This document shows positions 47,917 to 58,773 of a DNA stretch of 64,000 nucleotides, piece after piece; the first letter of the stretch is position 1; each line of letters begins with the position of its first letter. The DNA is from Candidatus Woesearchaeota archaeon. Lineage in GTDB: Archaea; Nanobdellota; Nanobdellia; Woesearchaeales; GW2011-AR4. Under the pieces are notes generated by a model. It had not been told where the DNA came from, did no database searches, and saw only the letters and a program-made list of their open reading frames with translations. The position numbers and the translations under genes were made by a program. The stretch is from NCBI GenBank assembly GCA_016188245.1, contig JACPIE010000038.1, forward strand, positions 30,939 to 94,938, written 5' to 3'.

Positions 47917-48879
47917 TTATTGTTTTTTAACTTCCTTATAAGACTTCCAGAAGAAATACCCTATTATGAGGAATGTGACAACAGGAGACAGCCAGTCCGG
48001 AATGTGGCTTATGAAGTAAAGAAGGGGATGCCTGCTTTCCCTGACATAGTGGCCGAAGGCGTGCAAGACCATGATGCAGCCAAGCGCAAGTATTGAGTAC
48101 ATAGCGCCGTTTTTAAGATATTTGTATTTCTTGACATTCTCTATATTGCTGACAGTGAGCTGCCTGACAACTAAAGCGCCTATTCCATTTCCCACCAGTA
48201 TAAGGGGAATGGAAAACGTAAAGGCGAATGCGCCAAGAACTCCATCAATAGAGAAAGTGGCATCAATGACTTCGAGGTAAAGGATTTTGCTCATATCTGA
48301 CATCTTTGAAGCGCCTTTAATCATCTGCTGCTCTGCCCTTTCGGCATTTTCCTTGAAGCCGTGTGTAATGAAAAAGGCAGTTGAGCCTATGACTGCGCCG
48401 AATGCCATGTTTGGATTTGCCTTGTTTGCTACAAAAACAAAGACTGCAAGCACCACAGAAACAACTGCAAAGAACCATATCCCCTGCCTGTGGAAAAATT
48501 TTTCGCCAATCAAGCCATAATGTTTTTCCTCCAGAAAAATCCAGTGGAAGAACAGGAATATCAAGAAAGTGCCGCCGCCCATCAATAATATCGGGGCAGA
48601 CTTTTCAATAGTATCTTTTACGCTGGGGTCATTGCTGAATGATGCCGTCAAAGCCCCTATGGCGCCAAGGCTTGGGTTGTTTGCCCATATTATCAGCCAC
48701 GGCAATAGCCCCCTTACAAGAAAAACGGCAATCAGGATTCCCCAGATTAAAAACCATTTTCTGGCTTTTTTGGACATAGTGCCAAGGACTTCTGCATTGA
48801 TTATGGCATTGTCCACGCTTATTATTATCTCGAAAAGCCCAAGGCCAAGAACTACAATTATGATTGAAAACAGGTCCAT
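47917..48879 (-). CDS. TerC/DUF475-family integral membrane protein
   Basis: 'IIISVDNAIINAEVL' resembles the TerC signature. Multiple TM helices. Confidence 0.5.
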   Translation of the reverse strand: MDLFSIIIVVLGLGLFEIIISVDNAIINAEVLGTMSKKARKWFLIWGILIAVFLVRGLLPWLIIWANNPSLGAIGALTASFSNDPSVKDTIEKSAPILLMGGGTFLIFLFFHWIFLEEKHYGLIGEKFFHRQGIWFFAVVSVVLAVFVFVANKANPNMAFGAVIGSTAFFITHGFKENAERAEQQMIKGASKMSDMSKILYLEVIDATFSIDGVLGAFAFTFSIPLILVGNGIGALVVRQLTVSNIENVKKYKYLKNGAMYSILALGCIMVLHAFGHYVRESRHPLLYFISHIPDWLSPVVTFLIIGYFFWKSYKEVKKQ

Positions 48880-48996
48880 TTGTATAAGTTATGCTTTTTA
48901 GGTTAAAAGGTTTGCTATGATTTATTATTTGTATCAAGCTAAACCCAGTAACCAATAACCGCAATATTTTTAAACCGCGTATTATTACATGAAAAG

Positions 48997-49572
48997 ATGG
49001 TAAGTTATATAGTTGCCGCGACAGACACCCAAGTATGGGCTGTTAATCCCACAACACGACAATTATTAAGAATGACTGCAGGGTCAGAAAGGCTTCCAGT
49101 TTTAGGTATTTATGCTAACGGTGCAGTATACCATGCTGTAGAAGTTCGCGAAAGAAAAGAACATACTTTTGGCAGGCAAAAGGTTGAGTATGATGAGAAT
49201 TCTGTTCAAGTAAAAGATACTATTTCAGGAAATACTGCTATTACAGTGCACCCATCAGGCCAAAAAAGTTTGCCGCTCGAGCAAAGGGTGGTTCCTCTTA
49301 ATTTTCGCTTTATTAGAAGAGGAAATTCTCTTTTGTACAGCCTTAACGGTTCAGAGGGTGTTATATTCCCACAAATTGGTTCTGTGGAAGAACAAGATTA
49401 TGGAATAGTTTCTGTGGATGGCAAAAACATTTATCTAGGTGCAAGAAGGGTAGCAACTTTGGATAGTGAGCCAAAATTTGTAGCTGAAATTAATCAATCA
49501 AAGCTTTCAGGTTCTTTTAGAAAGAAAAATCCACATAAATTTGAAAAAAATAAAGAGTTCTTTAAAGTGTGA
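48997..49572 (+). CDS. hypothetical protein
   Basis: 191-aa ORF, no motif recognised. Confidence 0.35.
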   Translation: MVSYIVAATDTQVWAVNPTTRQLLRMTAGSERLPVLGIYANGAVYHAVEVRERKEHTFGRQKVEYDENSVQVKDTISGNTAITVHPSGQKSLPLEQRVVPLNFRFIRRGNSLLYSLNGSEGVIFPQIGSVEEQDYGIVSVDGKNIYLGARRVATLDSEPKFVAEINQSKLSGSFRKKNPHKFEKNKEFFKV

Positions 49573-49575
49573 TTT

Positions 49576-51018
49576 TCATCTCCTGTCAAAAATTCTCCTT
49601 GGCATCAGAAACGCGGCTGCAACCGGAATGGCAACAGTTCCGGCGCCAAAAACAAGCAAAGCCCACAATGGGTAGCTGCCGTAATTGGCCGAAATGTCCG
49701 ATTTTATCCGGAAAAGCAAAAGCGGCAGCAGTATTAATGGAATGATGTATCTGATGAAAAGCCTCCATAATGCCCCAACTTTCAATGCTGAATTCTGGTT
49801 TATATATGATGATATTTTTTCGCTTTCAAAAAACCACCCAATTGCGGCAGCCTCGAGCAGAATGGCAATCAAAATGTTGTAAAAAATGAAATGGCTCACA
49901 ATGTCCATTATGTAAAACCCCGGCTTGATGATAAACGCTAATCCAAATAAAAATCCGAGCCCTGAAACAAAGATTGCCGCATTTGTGTGTTTTGTCTTGA
50001 ACTTATGCACAAGGACATGGGTTATTGAGTATGCAAGCGCCGCTGTTCCCAATATAAAAAACATTGACAAGAGCGCAAAAAACAGAATGCTCAGCAGAGT
50101 CGGCTTGTAGAACAAAGGCAGCGCCTGCGCCAAAACTGTGAACGGAAAGCTGAAATCGTTTGATGCCAGCTTATCAGCCCCTATCCCATTGTTCATGCTT
50201 AAAAACCCGAGAACCGCAAACACGATAAACCCTAAAATAAGGCCTGCCATCAGCTCGAAAACTGCAATTATAAATGAGTTTTCTGCTGCAAAGCTCCTGC
50301 ATTTTCTTGCAAGCGCATGCATTATTCCAAAAGACAATCCCAGTGATACAACCGCCAATGAAAAAGATGCAGCCCAGGTTTCTAAGTCAAAAAGGCCTGC
50401 AAAGCCCGGCTTTAGAGCAGCATAAACCCCGCTTAATGCATTGTCAAGCGCCAATGAATACATCAAAAAAAACAGCATCAAGATTATTAAGACATGGAAT
50501 GTTGCCAGAAACCATTTTTTCATGCTTTCAAAGCCTTTTCTTATGTAGAAAAAAATGATTACCCATGCTAAAATCAATGCAATAAAAACAGGCAGTGAAA
50601 ATTGCGTAAAGCCGCTAAAGCCGCCAGAAACCTGAAGCACTTTGCTAAAAAAATATTTTTCAGCGTCATTTTTCCACTGCAGGCCAAATGAGGTAAAAAG
50701 ATAGATTATGTGCCATGAAAGCGCAACAGCATAATACCCCATCACAATAAATGCATTAAAAACCATAAGCCATCCGATGCTGCTGAACCATTTCCTTATG
50801 GATGCGAACAAATCCACGACATTCTTGTTGAAATGCTGCCCCGCTGAAAACTCCAGCATAAGCAAAGGCACTCCCAAAACAATCAAGGCAATAAAATAAG
50901 GAATGAAAAACAAGCCCCCAAGCCTGTATGAAAAATAAGGGTAAAGCCAAACGCCCCCTATTCCTAAAGCGGCCCCGACTGCCGATAGCACAAAAAAGAA
51001 CCTTGAATTGCTGATCAT
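49576..51018 (-). CDS. sodium-dependent transporter, SNF/NSS family (divergent)
   Basis: N-terminus 'SRFFFVLSAVGAALGIGGVWLYPYFSYRLGG' resembles the NSS 'FxLSxxGxAxGLGNxWRFPY' signature. About 12 TM helices. Confidence 0.55.
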   Translation of the reverse strand: MISNSRFFFVLSAVGAALGIGGVWLYPYFSYRLGGLFFIPYFIALIVLGVPLLMLEFSAGQHFNKNVVDLFASIRKWFSSIGWLMVFNAFIVMGYYAVALSWHIIYLFTSFGLQWKNDAEKYFFSKVLQVSGGFSGFTQFSLPVFIALILAWVIIFFYIRKGFESMKKWFLATFHVLIILMLFFLMYSLALDNALSGVYAALKPGFAGLFDLETWAASFSLAVVSLGLSFGIMHALARKCRSFAAENSFIIAVFELMAGLILGFIVFAVLGFLSMNNGIGADKLASNDFSFPFTVLAQALPLFYKPTLLSILFFALLSMFFILGTAALAYSITHVLVHKFKTKHTNAAIFVSGLGFLFGLAFIIKPGFYIMDIVSHFIFYNILIAILLEAAAIGWFFESEKISSYINQNSALKVGALWRLFIRYIIPLILLPLLLFRIKSDISANYGSYPLWALLVFGAGTVAIPVAAAFLMPRRIFDRR

Positions 51019-51136
51019 GGGCGGAGTATTCCAATATTAAATTTAAACCTTTTGATTGTGTTTATTTTAAAGTGATAACATGGCATATTGAAGGCAAACC
51101 GCAAAAAATTTAAATGGAAATGGTTAATCCGCTTTT

Positions 51137-52123
51137 GTGATTATCGGGCTTAAGCGTGTGGTTGCTGTCCAATTTGTCCTTATAGTCATATTGCTTGCAA
51201 TAACTGCAAACTATTATCTTGAAAAAAAAGAGATAGAAACATCCCCCAGTAATGGGCTTCTTTCCCAAAGGGTATACTCGGGCTTATTGGAGCCAAAAAG
51301 CTTCCTTATAGTGAATTTTGCCGAGCCGAAAGAAAAAATAAAGTCATACATCTCAAAAAACAACCTTAACATATCGGTCTATGTTGAAAATTTCCGCAAT
51401 GGGGCATATATCGGAATAAACGAGAAAGCAGGATTCTTTCCTTCAAGCCTTATCAAGCTGCCTGTTGCCGTTATGATAGTAAAAAGGATTGAAAATGGCG
51501 AGCTTAGCTTTGACACAATGATTGACCTAAAAGATTCAGACAGGACAAGCAGCTTTGGCGAGCTTTACAAAACTGAAGAGAAGCGGCTGCCTGTCCGGCT
51601 TTTGCTTGAACAAATGCTTAAAGAATCCGATAACACGGCTTTTAGGGCTCTAGTGCGCAATATTGATGCCGGAGATTTTCAGCTGGTTTTGGATTATTAC
51701 AACATTGATGTTAATGCAGACTTCCAGGACGGGGAAACGGCAGTGCATCCTAATCTGCTAAGCCCGAAATCAATGTCCACTTTATTCTCAAGCCTTTACT
51801 TCTCCACAGTGCTCGAGGCAGAGAACTCAGAGTACCTGCTCTCTTTGCTGGCTGATTCTGCTTTTGATGTAAGCCAAGCCGCCGACATTCCTGAAGATGT
51901 CATTATAGCCCATAAATTCGGCAGCACCCATTACAATAATTTTGATTTTTTTCATGACTGCGGCATAATGTACATCCAGGAAAGCAGGATATTCTACTGC
52001 ATCATGACCAAAGATTTAAATGAAAAACAGGCTACTAAAGCCATAGGCGTAATAGTTAATGAAATATACAGTTATGTCAAAACTGCCAGGGCACGATTTG
52101 ATGATTACAAAGGCAACAGCTAA
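51137..52123 (+). CDS. serine hydrolase, class A beta-lactamase/PBP-like
   Basis: 'SLIK' (SxxK), 'ESDNTA' (SDN) and 'HKFGST' (KTG-like) in the canonical order. N-terminal TM anchor. Confidence 0.55.
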   Translation: MIIGLKRVVAVQFVLIVILLAITANYYLEKKEIETSPSNGLLSQRVYSGLLEPKSFLIVNFAEPKEKIKSYISKNNLNISVYVENFRNGAYIGINEKAGFFPSSLIKLPVAVMIVKRIENGELSFDTMIDLKDSDRTSSFGELYKTEEKRLPVRLLLEQMLKESDNTAFRALVRNIDAGDFQLVLDYYNIDVNADFQDGETAVHPNLLSPKSMSTLFSSLYFSTVLEAENSEYLLSLLADSAFDVSQAADIPEDVIIAHKFGSTHYNNFDFFHDCGIMYIQESRIFYCIMTKDLNEKQATKAIGVIVNEIYSYVKTARARFDDYKGNS

Positions 52124-52162
52124 ATAAGTATATTAATAAATCAGAAACTCTTTCTTTATCCC

Positions 52163-53374
52163 ATGCAGCCCCTAATCAATAAATACATCCCAAAAGCCAC
52201 GAAGGAAATTCTCGGGCAGGAAGAGACAGTCGGTAAGCTGAAGAATTTTATACTTAATTTCAAAAATGAAAAAAAGAATGCCGCTTTGATTTACGGCCCG
52301 AGCGGCACGGGCAAGACATGCTCCGTTCATGCAATATCCGGTGAATTGGGGCTTGAAATTATCGAGGTCAATGCATCTGATTTCAGGAATGCGGAGCAGA
52401 TAGGCCAAAAGGTCGGAAGCGCAATCAAACAGCAAAGCCTTTTTGCAAAAGGAAAAATAATACTTGTTGACGAGATTGACGGGCTGAGCGGGCGCGAAGA
52501 CAGGGGGGGTGTGCAGGCCATCACAAAGCTAATCCAAGATTCATCATATCCTGTGATACTTACAGCCACAAACCCTTTTGACAACAAGTTCAGCTCTTTA
52601 AGGAGCAAGTCGAGCATGATTGAATTCAGGCAGCTTGATTACTTGTCAATCTTTGCAATATTAAAAAAGATATGCGATGGGGAAGGGATAAAACACGAAG
52701 ATGATGTGCTGAAAGCCCTTTCAAGAAGGGCAGGGGGTGATGCAAGGGCTGCAATAAATGACCTGCAAACTTTGTCCAATAGCAAAAAAGAGCTGACAAA
52801 GGAAAGCCTGCAGGAATTGTCGGAAAGAAACAAGACTGACAATATAATGACTGCATTGAATAAAATATTCAAGACAACAGACATGAAAATTGCAATATCG
52901 GCTTTTGAAAACGTTGAAGAGGATTTGAACGAGCAGCTGCTGTGGATTGATGAGAATCTGCCAAAAGAATACACCAAGCCGGAGGAGCTTGCAAAAGCTT
53001 ATGATATGCTCAGCAAGGCAGATGTATTCAGCAGAAGGATAAGAAGATGGCAGCATTACAGGTTTTTAATCTATATAAACGCGCTTATAACTGCAGGAAT
53101 AGCCTCTGCAAAAAAAGAAAAATACAGGGAACTGGTCCAATACAAGCCAACTGGAAGAGTCTTAAAAATCTGGTGGGCAAACCAAAGAAACGCGAAGAAA
53201 AAAGAAATTGCCAGGAAAATAGCGGAAAAAACACATTCGTCAAAAAAGGAGATAATAAAAAATACGATGCCCTATCTGCCCCTGATGTTCAGGAACAAGG
53301 AAATGAGAAACCGCATTGTTGGTTATCTCGATTTGAATGAAGAGGAATCTGAATGGCTGAAAGGAAAAAGTTAA
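52163..53374 (+). CDS. rfcL: replication factor C large subunit
   Basis: 'ALIYGPSGTGKTCSVHAISGELGLEIIEVNASDFRN' and 'LVDEIDGL'. Confidence 0.8.
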   Translation: MQPLINKYIPKATKEILGQEETVGKLKNFILNFKNEKKNAALIYGPSGTGKTCSVHAISGELGLEIIEVNASDFRNAEQIGQKVGSAIKQQSLFAKGKIILVDEIDGLSGREDRGGVQAITKLIQDSSYPVILTATNPFDNKFSSLRSKSSMIEFRQLDYLSIFAILKKICDGEGIKHEDDVLKALSRRAGGDARAAINDLQTLSNSKKELTKESLQELSERNKTDNIMTALNKIFKTTDMKIAISAFENVEEDLNEQLLWIDENLPKEYTKPEELAKAYDMLSKADVFSRRIRRWQHYRFLIYINALITAGIASAKKEKYRELVQYKPTGRVLKIWWANQRNAKKKEIARKIAEKTHSSKKEIIKNTMPYLPLMFRNKEMRNRIVGYLDLNEEESEWLKGKS

Positions 53375-53390
53375 ATGAAGCTGGGCAAAA

Positions 53391-53717
53391 ATGGAATTCA
53401 TAACAGCAAAAGAACTGTCGGAGAGCAAGAATAAATTCATTGTTCTGGATATAAGAGATGAAGACAAATTCAGGCGGAATACGGTGCCCGGGAGCATAAA
53501 CATTGATATTTACGGCGACATCCATGAGGGGAATTACGGAGCTGTGATGGAAAAATTGAATGCACTTCCTAAGGAAAAGGAGATAGTGTTGGTTTGCAAT
53601 ACCGGAAGCACAACACAGCCGGCATGCCAGATCCTTGAATCTATGGGGTACAGGGCAAAGGTCCTTGAGCTGGGAATGGTCGGATGGAATTCTTTCGTTA
53701 AGCATGGTCACTCTTAA
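53391..53717 (+). CDS. rhodanese-domain sulfurtransferase
   Basis: Active-site loop 'VLVCNTGSTTQPA'. Confidence 0.75.
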   Translation: MEFITAKELSESKNKFIVLDIRDEDKFRRNTVPGSINIDIYGDIHEGNYGAVMEKLNALPKEKEIVLVCNTGSTTQPACQILESMGYRAKVLELGMVGWNSFVKHGHS

Positions 53718-53758
53718 AGTTAAACTTTTAAATAATAGCGCAAATCCAGCTTAATAAG

Positions 53759-56176
53759 ATGGACATTCCGAAAAACTACAATCCTAAAGAGTCAGAGCCA
53801 AAATGGCTTGAGTTCTGGGAAAAGGAGAAAATATACGCTTTTGACCCTGAAAGCAAGGCAGAGGTTTACTCTGTTGACACTCCCCCACCAACAGTTAGCG
53901 GGAATATGCATATTGGTCATTCATTTTCTTATTCACAACAGGATTTTATTGTTAGGTTCCAGAGAATGTCCGGAAAGAATATTTTTTATCCATTTGGCGT
54001 AGATGACAATGGACTGGCTACGGAAAGGATGATTGAGAAAATGAAAAATGTAAAGGGCCAGTTCATGCCCAGGCAGGAATTTGTAAAGCTATGCTACACA
54101 ACTGTAGAGAAAATAAGAAACGATTTTGTCCAAGACTGGAAAAAGCTGGGGGTTAGCGCTGACTTTAATATATTTTATTCAACAATAAACAAGCATTCAC
54201 AAAAAATATCGCAAAGATCCTTCATCGAGCTTTACAAGTCAGGAAGGCAGTACAGGAAGGAAGGCCCTACAATCTGGTGCCCTGAATGCCGGACAGCAAT
54301 AGCCCAGGTGGAGATGAAAGATGAGGAAAAAGCAACCAGTTTAGTGCACATTGAGGCAAAGACGGAAAAAGGAGAGCCGCTTGTGTTTGCAACAACAAGG
54401 CCGGAGCTTTATCCTTCCTGTGTGGGAATTTCCGTCAACCCAAATGATGGGAGGTACAAAAAATATGTCGGCCAAAAAATTATAATGCCGCTGACAAATG
54501 CCGGGATTGAGCTGACCACAGACGAAATGATAGACCCGGAATTTGGCACAGGAGTTGTATACTTCTGCAGCAGCGGAGATGCGCAATTTTTGGACTGGGA
54601 GACAAGGCACCCTGTCAAAAACAAGATCTACATCCTGAATTTTGACGGCACCATGAATGAAAAGGCAGGAGTGTACAAGGGGCTTACAATAGCAGAAACA
54701 AGAAGGAGAATAGTTGAAGATTTAAGCAGGCTTGGAGCGGTCAAGAAAACGGAGCAATTGAAGCACTCCGTTAATGTTCATGAAAGGTGCGGAACAGTTG
54801 TTGAATACATGGTTTCCAAGCAGTGGTACATCAAGTATCTTGACTTAAAGGAAGAATTCATAAAATACGGCAGGAAAATAAAGTGGTATCCTGAGCACAT
54901 GCGCATCAGGTATGAAAACTGGATAAATGGATTGAAGTGGGACTGGAACATTTCAAGGCAGAGGCATTTTGGAATTCCAATTCCTGTCTGGTACTGCAAA
55001 AAATGCAATGCAATAATCGCTGCAGATGAAAATCAGCTGCCTGTTGACCCATTGGTTGACAAGCCATCAAAAAAATGCAAATGCGGCTCAGGCGATTTTA
55101 TTGGGGAGAAAGATGTTTTGGACACTTGGGCAACTTCCTCTTTGACTCCCGATATTGCAGTTGCCTTATTCGATAAAAAAACCCAAAAAAAATTATTTCC
55201 GATGAATTTACGGCCGCAGGCGCATGACATAATAACCTTCTGGCTTTTCAATACTGTTGCAAAGAGCTATCTTCACCATAAGGAGGTGCCATGGCATAAT
55301 GTCATGATATCCGGATTTGTTCTCGATCCTTACGGGAAAAAAATGAGCAAGAGCAAAGGCAATGTTATTGACCCAAGGGAGATAATTGAAAAATACTCGG
55401 CAGATTCCCTGAGATTTTGGGCAGCCGGCTCAAGATTGGGGGATGACATGCCTTTCCAGGAAAAAGATTTGGTTACCGGCAGCAAATTCATAACAAAAAT
55501 CTGGAATGCCTCGAAGTTTGCATCCATCCACCTTAAGGATTATGATTTGAGAAATCCGGGCAAGCTGCATTTGATGGAAAGGTGGATTTTGTCAAAGCTG
55601 AGCAAAGTTGTAAAGGAATCAACCGAAAATTTCATGAATTATGAGTATTCGCATACAAAGCTTGCGGCAGAAACATTCTTCTGGCACACTTTTTGCGACA
55701 ATTACCTTGAAATCATAAAGGATAGGTTGTACAATGCTGAGAGAAGGGGGGAAGATGCAAGATTATCTGCGCAATACGGGCTGTACCAAACCTTGTTGGC
55801 AATAACCAAGCTGATGGCCCCAATTATGCCGTTCATAACCGAAGAGCTTTACCAGCTTTATTTCAAAAGCCATGAAAATTCAAAGTCAGTGCATCTTGAA
55901 AAATGGCCAGATATAAACTTGATTGATGAGCATGCAGAGCACATTGGAGATTTTGTTGTGCAAGTTGTCGAATTTGTAAGAAGGCAGAAGACGGCAAAGC
56001 AGCTGTCCTTGAAAGCCCCTGTGAAGAAGCTGACGATAAAGGCAAAAATAGAGGAAACTGATTTTGATGAAGTTGAAGCCGAGATAAGGGCAGCGACATC
56101 GGCTGAAAGCATAGTTTTCGAGCCGACAAGAGGCAAAGCTCCAGAGAAGGATGTCGAGATTGAAGTTGAGTTTTGA
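53759..56176 (+). CDS. valS: valyl-tRNA synthetase
   Basis: Class I 'PPPTVSGNMHIGHSFSYSQQD...PFGVDDNGLATE', 'KMSKSKGN' and 'DVLDTWATSS'. A length of 805 aa fits archaeal ValRS better than LeuRS or IleRS. Confidence 0.75.
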   Translation: MDIPKNYNPKESEPKWLEFWEKEKIYAFDPESKAEVYSVDTPPPTVSGNMHIGHSFSYSQQDFIVRFQRMSGKNIFYPFGVDDNGLATERMIEKMKNVKGQFMPRQEFVKLCYTTVEKIRNDFVQDWKKLGVSADFNIFYSTINKHSQKISQRSFIELYKSGRQYRKEGPTIWCPECRTAIAQVEMKDEEKATSLVHIEAKTEKGEPLVFATTRPELYPSCVGISVNPNDGRYKKYVGQKIIMPLTNAGIELTTDEMIDPEFGTGVVYFCSSGDAQFLDWETRHPVKNKIYILNFDGTMNEKAGVYKGLTIAETRRRIVEDLSRLGAVKKTEQLKHSVNVHERCGTVVEYMVSKQWYIKYLDLKEEFIKYGRKIKWYPEHMRIRYENWINGLKWDWNISRQRHFGIPIPVWYCKKCNAIIAADENQLPVDPLVDKPSKKCKCGSGDFIGEKDVLDTWATSSLTPDIAVALFDKKTQKKLFPMNLRPQAHDIITFWLFNTVAKSYLHHKEVPWHNVMISGFVLDPYGKKMSKSKGNVIDPREIIEKYSADSLRFWAAGSRLGDDMPFQEKDLVTGSKFITKIWNASKFASIHLKDYDLRNPGKLHLMERWILSKLSKVVKESTENFMNYEYSHTKLAAETFFWHTFCDNYLEIIKDRLYNAERRGEDARLSAQYGLYQTLLAITKLMAPIMPFITEELYQLYFKSHENSKSVHLEKWPDINLIDEHAEHIGDFVVQVVEFVRRQKTAKQLSLKAPVKKLTIKAKIEETDFDEVEAEIRAATSAESIVFEPTRGKAPEKDVEIEVEF

Positions 56177-56220
56177 GAATTAAAAAGATTTAAAAATAAC
56201 TGGTATTTAGTCAAGAATGC

Positions 56221-57294
56221 GTGATTTTTATGCGATATAACAATTATGTCATGGCTTTAACAGAAAGATTGGATCAAGCTATTGCTTCAGCTAGAGAACA
56301 GCATGGCTTGCGCCCATTTGAGTACTCCAGTCATGATTATGAAGCAGCAAGACGATTGGTTTTAGGGGGAAGTCCCGTAGATAGGGTTGTAGCATTATTT
56401 TCACAGCCAGTTGCATTTTCTACAAGACCATCTGATAATCCTTCTGCTAATGGGGCAAGTTTAGAGGGCAGAACAAATGGCTTGCTTTGGAATCCCGGAA
56501 GCGGAACACCTCAACAAAATAAAATTGCTTCGTATGGGGATGTATCGATGCATGTGGGATACGGAAAGCGATTAGACTCAAATGTAGACTATAGTGGAAA
56601 TGTACCGTCTGATATGAAATCTTCAATAAGGAAAAGAGGATCATTACAATTACCATCTGTTAAAGCGGCTACTGGTGTGTTAAGGGCTGCAAATAGGCAA
56701 AATTGGAAAAGGGCTGAAAAATTATTTGAACAAATGATTGGATTTAATGCACCTATTTTTTACGATACCGCTTTGTATTCCAGATTCCTATCAGAATTAG
56801 GCTCTGTGATACTGCAAAGAAATTTCGAGTATAGATTCCGATGGATAAAAGATGAAAGAAGAAAATTTATAGTTGGGTACGAAGTAGCCCCTCCGCCAAG
56901 CGAGTCAAATCTGGTGCAGATGTTGAAAGCTATCAATCAGCGTGATATTGCAACAGCACGTTCAATTTATGATGTGCTATTAAAGGGCGGCTCAAGTGTT
57001 TTTGCAGAAGAGCATGAGTCTGAACAGCAGGGGTTTTATAGGGAGGTTGGCCTGCTTTTAAGAAAAAACCTGAATGCTAGAGTCAAATGGTGGTTAGATA
57101 CGAAAGGCAAGATTTTGAGATATGAAATTCTGCAACCTAGCAGAATGAGGGCATTTCCTGATGGCATTGGAACTAGCCGAACGAACCCTTCATCCAGAAA
57201 CCCACATAGGAAAATTACAAGAAAAGCTTTTAGATTCCATGAAAATAGAACTGTAAGAACAGAGAAGGTATTACAGGCGCCCCCGTTATATTAA
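56221..57294 (+). CDS. hypothetical protein
   Basis: Probable start at the internal MALTERLD, ~56251. No motif recognised. GC content looks higher than in the neighbouring genes. Confidence 0.4.
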   Translation: MIFMRYNNYVMALTERLDQAIASAREQHGLRPFEYSSHDYEAARRLVLGGSPVDRVVALFSQPVAFSTRPSDNPSANGASLEGRTNGLLWNPGSGTPQQNKIASYGDVSMHVGYGKRLDSNVDYSGNVPSDMKSSIRKRGSLQLPSVKAATGVLRAANRQNWKRAEKLFEQMIGFNAPIFYDTALYSRFLSELGSVILQRNFEYRFRWIKDERRKFIVGYEVAPPPSESNLVQMLKAINQRDIATARSIYDVLLKGGSSVFAEEHESEQQGFYREVGLLLRKNLNARVKWWLDTKGKILRYEILQPSRMRAFPDGIGTSRTNPSSRNPHRKITRKAFRFHENRTVRTEKVLQAPPLY

Positions 57295-57319
57295 ACCATT
57301 TGAACAAGAAACTAACTTT

Positions 57320-58723
57320 TTAGGTATAATTTGTACTTTTCCACCTAACCCCTTCTTTTGTATCCTCAAGAACTATCCCTTTCTCCTTTAGCTGATTCCT
57401 TATTTCATCGGCTTTTGCAAAGTTTTTTTCATTTCTTGCGATTTCCCTTTCGTCAATCAGCTTTTTCAAGTCCTGGCTTAATTTTTCATCTTTTTCCACG
57501 AGAACCCCAAGAACTTTGTCAAATCCTTCCATCAGTTTTATTATTTCCTTGGCATCATTCTTTCCTATCTTGCCCCCCATGATTAATGTGTTTGTTTCTT
57601 TTACAAACTCAAAGATATGCGATAATGCAATGCTTATGTTTATATCATCATCCATTGCCTCTTCGAATTCTTTTTTTGTTTTTTGGATTAATTTGCCCAT
57701 TTCTTCATTTTTAATGTTATCCCTTATCTCCTTTAATCTAATCATGAAATCATTCAGCCTTTGCACTGCATTCTCAGCAGCCTTGACAGATTCCTCTGTA
57801 AAATTTAATTGCATCCTGTAATGCGCCGAAAGAAGAAGGTACCTTATTGCCTTTGGATTGAAATTCTTATTCAATAAGTCTCTCAAAGTCCAGAAATTTC
57901 CCAATGACTTTGACATTTTCTGCCCGTTGACCAGCAAGTGCTCGTTGTGCACCCAGTAATTGGCGAATTTTTTCCTTGTCGAGGCTTCACTTTGCGCAAT
58001 CTCGTTCTCATGGTGCGGAAACACCAGGTCAATTCCGCCTGCGTGTATGTCAAAATGTTTTCCCAAACATTTCATTGACATTGCGCTGCATTCAATGTGC
58101 CAGCCCGGCCTGCCTTTCCCAAGCTCGGTTTCCCAGAAGACATCTCCATCTTCACTGTCATAATTTTTCCACAGGGCAAAATCATGGGCATGCTCTTTTT
58201 CATATTGGTCTTGCCTTACCCTTTTTCCGGCTTCCAGCCCCTCCAGCTTGGCGTGCGACAGCTTGCCGTAATCCCCGAATTTGGAAATGTCAAAATATAT
58301 TCCATCCTCGCTTTTGTATGCAATGCCGTTCTTTAACAGTTTTTTAATAATCTCAGTCATTTCCTTGACATGCTCCGTTGCCCTTGGATAATAGTCTGCC
58401 CTGTCAATATTCAATGTTTCGATGTCATCAAAGAATGCTTTTTCATATTTTCTTGTAAAATCCTTTAAAGAGATTTCTTCTTTGTTTGCGCCTTTTATTG
58501 TCTTGTCGTCAACATCAGTTATATTCATCACATGCTTTACTTTATAGCCTGAATACTTCAAATACCTTTTAAGGATATCGCTGCATACATAAGCCCTGAA
58601 GTTGCCGATGTGGGCGAAATCGTATACAGTGGGGCCGCAGGTATACATCTTCACAGCCTTGCCTTTAATTGGCTTGAAGATTTCCTTTTCTCTTGTTAGT
58701 GTATTGTATAATCTTAAAGTCAT
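57320..58723 (-). CDS. cysS: cysteinyl-tRNA synthetase
   Basis: '[20 protein letters not shown]' (HIGH region) and 'KMSKSLGN'. Confidence 0.9.
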   Translation of the reverse strand: MTLRLYNTLTREKEIFKPIKGKAVKMYTCGPTVYDFAHIGNFRAYVCSDILKRYLKYSGYKVKHVMNITDVDDKTIKGANKEEISLKDFTRKYEKAFFDDIETLNIDRADYYPRATEHVKEMTEIIKKLLKNGIAYKSEDGIYFDISKFGDYGKLSHAKLEGLEAGKRVRQDQYEKEHAHDFALWKNYDSEDGDVFWETELGKGRPGWHIECSAMSMKCLGKHFDIHAGGIDLVFPHHENEIAQSEASTRKKFANYWVHNEHLLVNGQKMSKSLGNFWTLRDLLNKNFNPKAIRYLLLSAHYRMQLNFTEESVKAAENAVQRLNDFMIRLKEIRDNIKNEEMGKLIQKTKKEFEEAMDDDINISIALSHIFEFVKETNTLIMGGKIGKNDAKEIIKLMEGFDKVLGVLVEKDEKLSQDLKKLIDEREIARNEKNFAKADEIRNQLKEKGIVLEDTKEGVRWKSTNYT

Positions 58724-58773
58724 TTTTCAAATTGTTTGACGCCTGTTAATAGATTTTATTTGAAATAAAAAAA

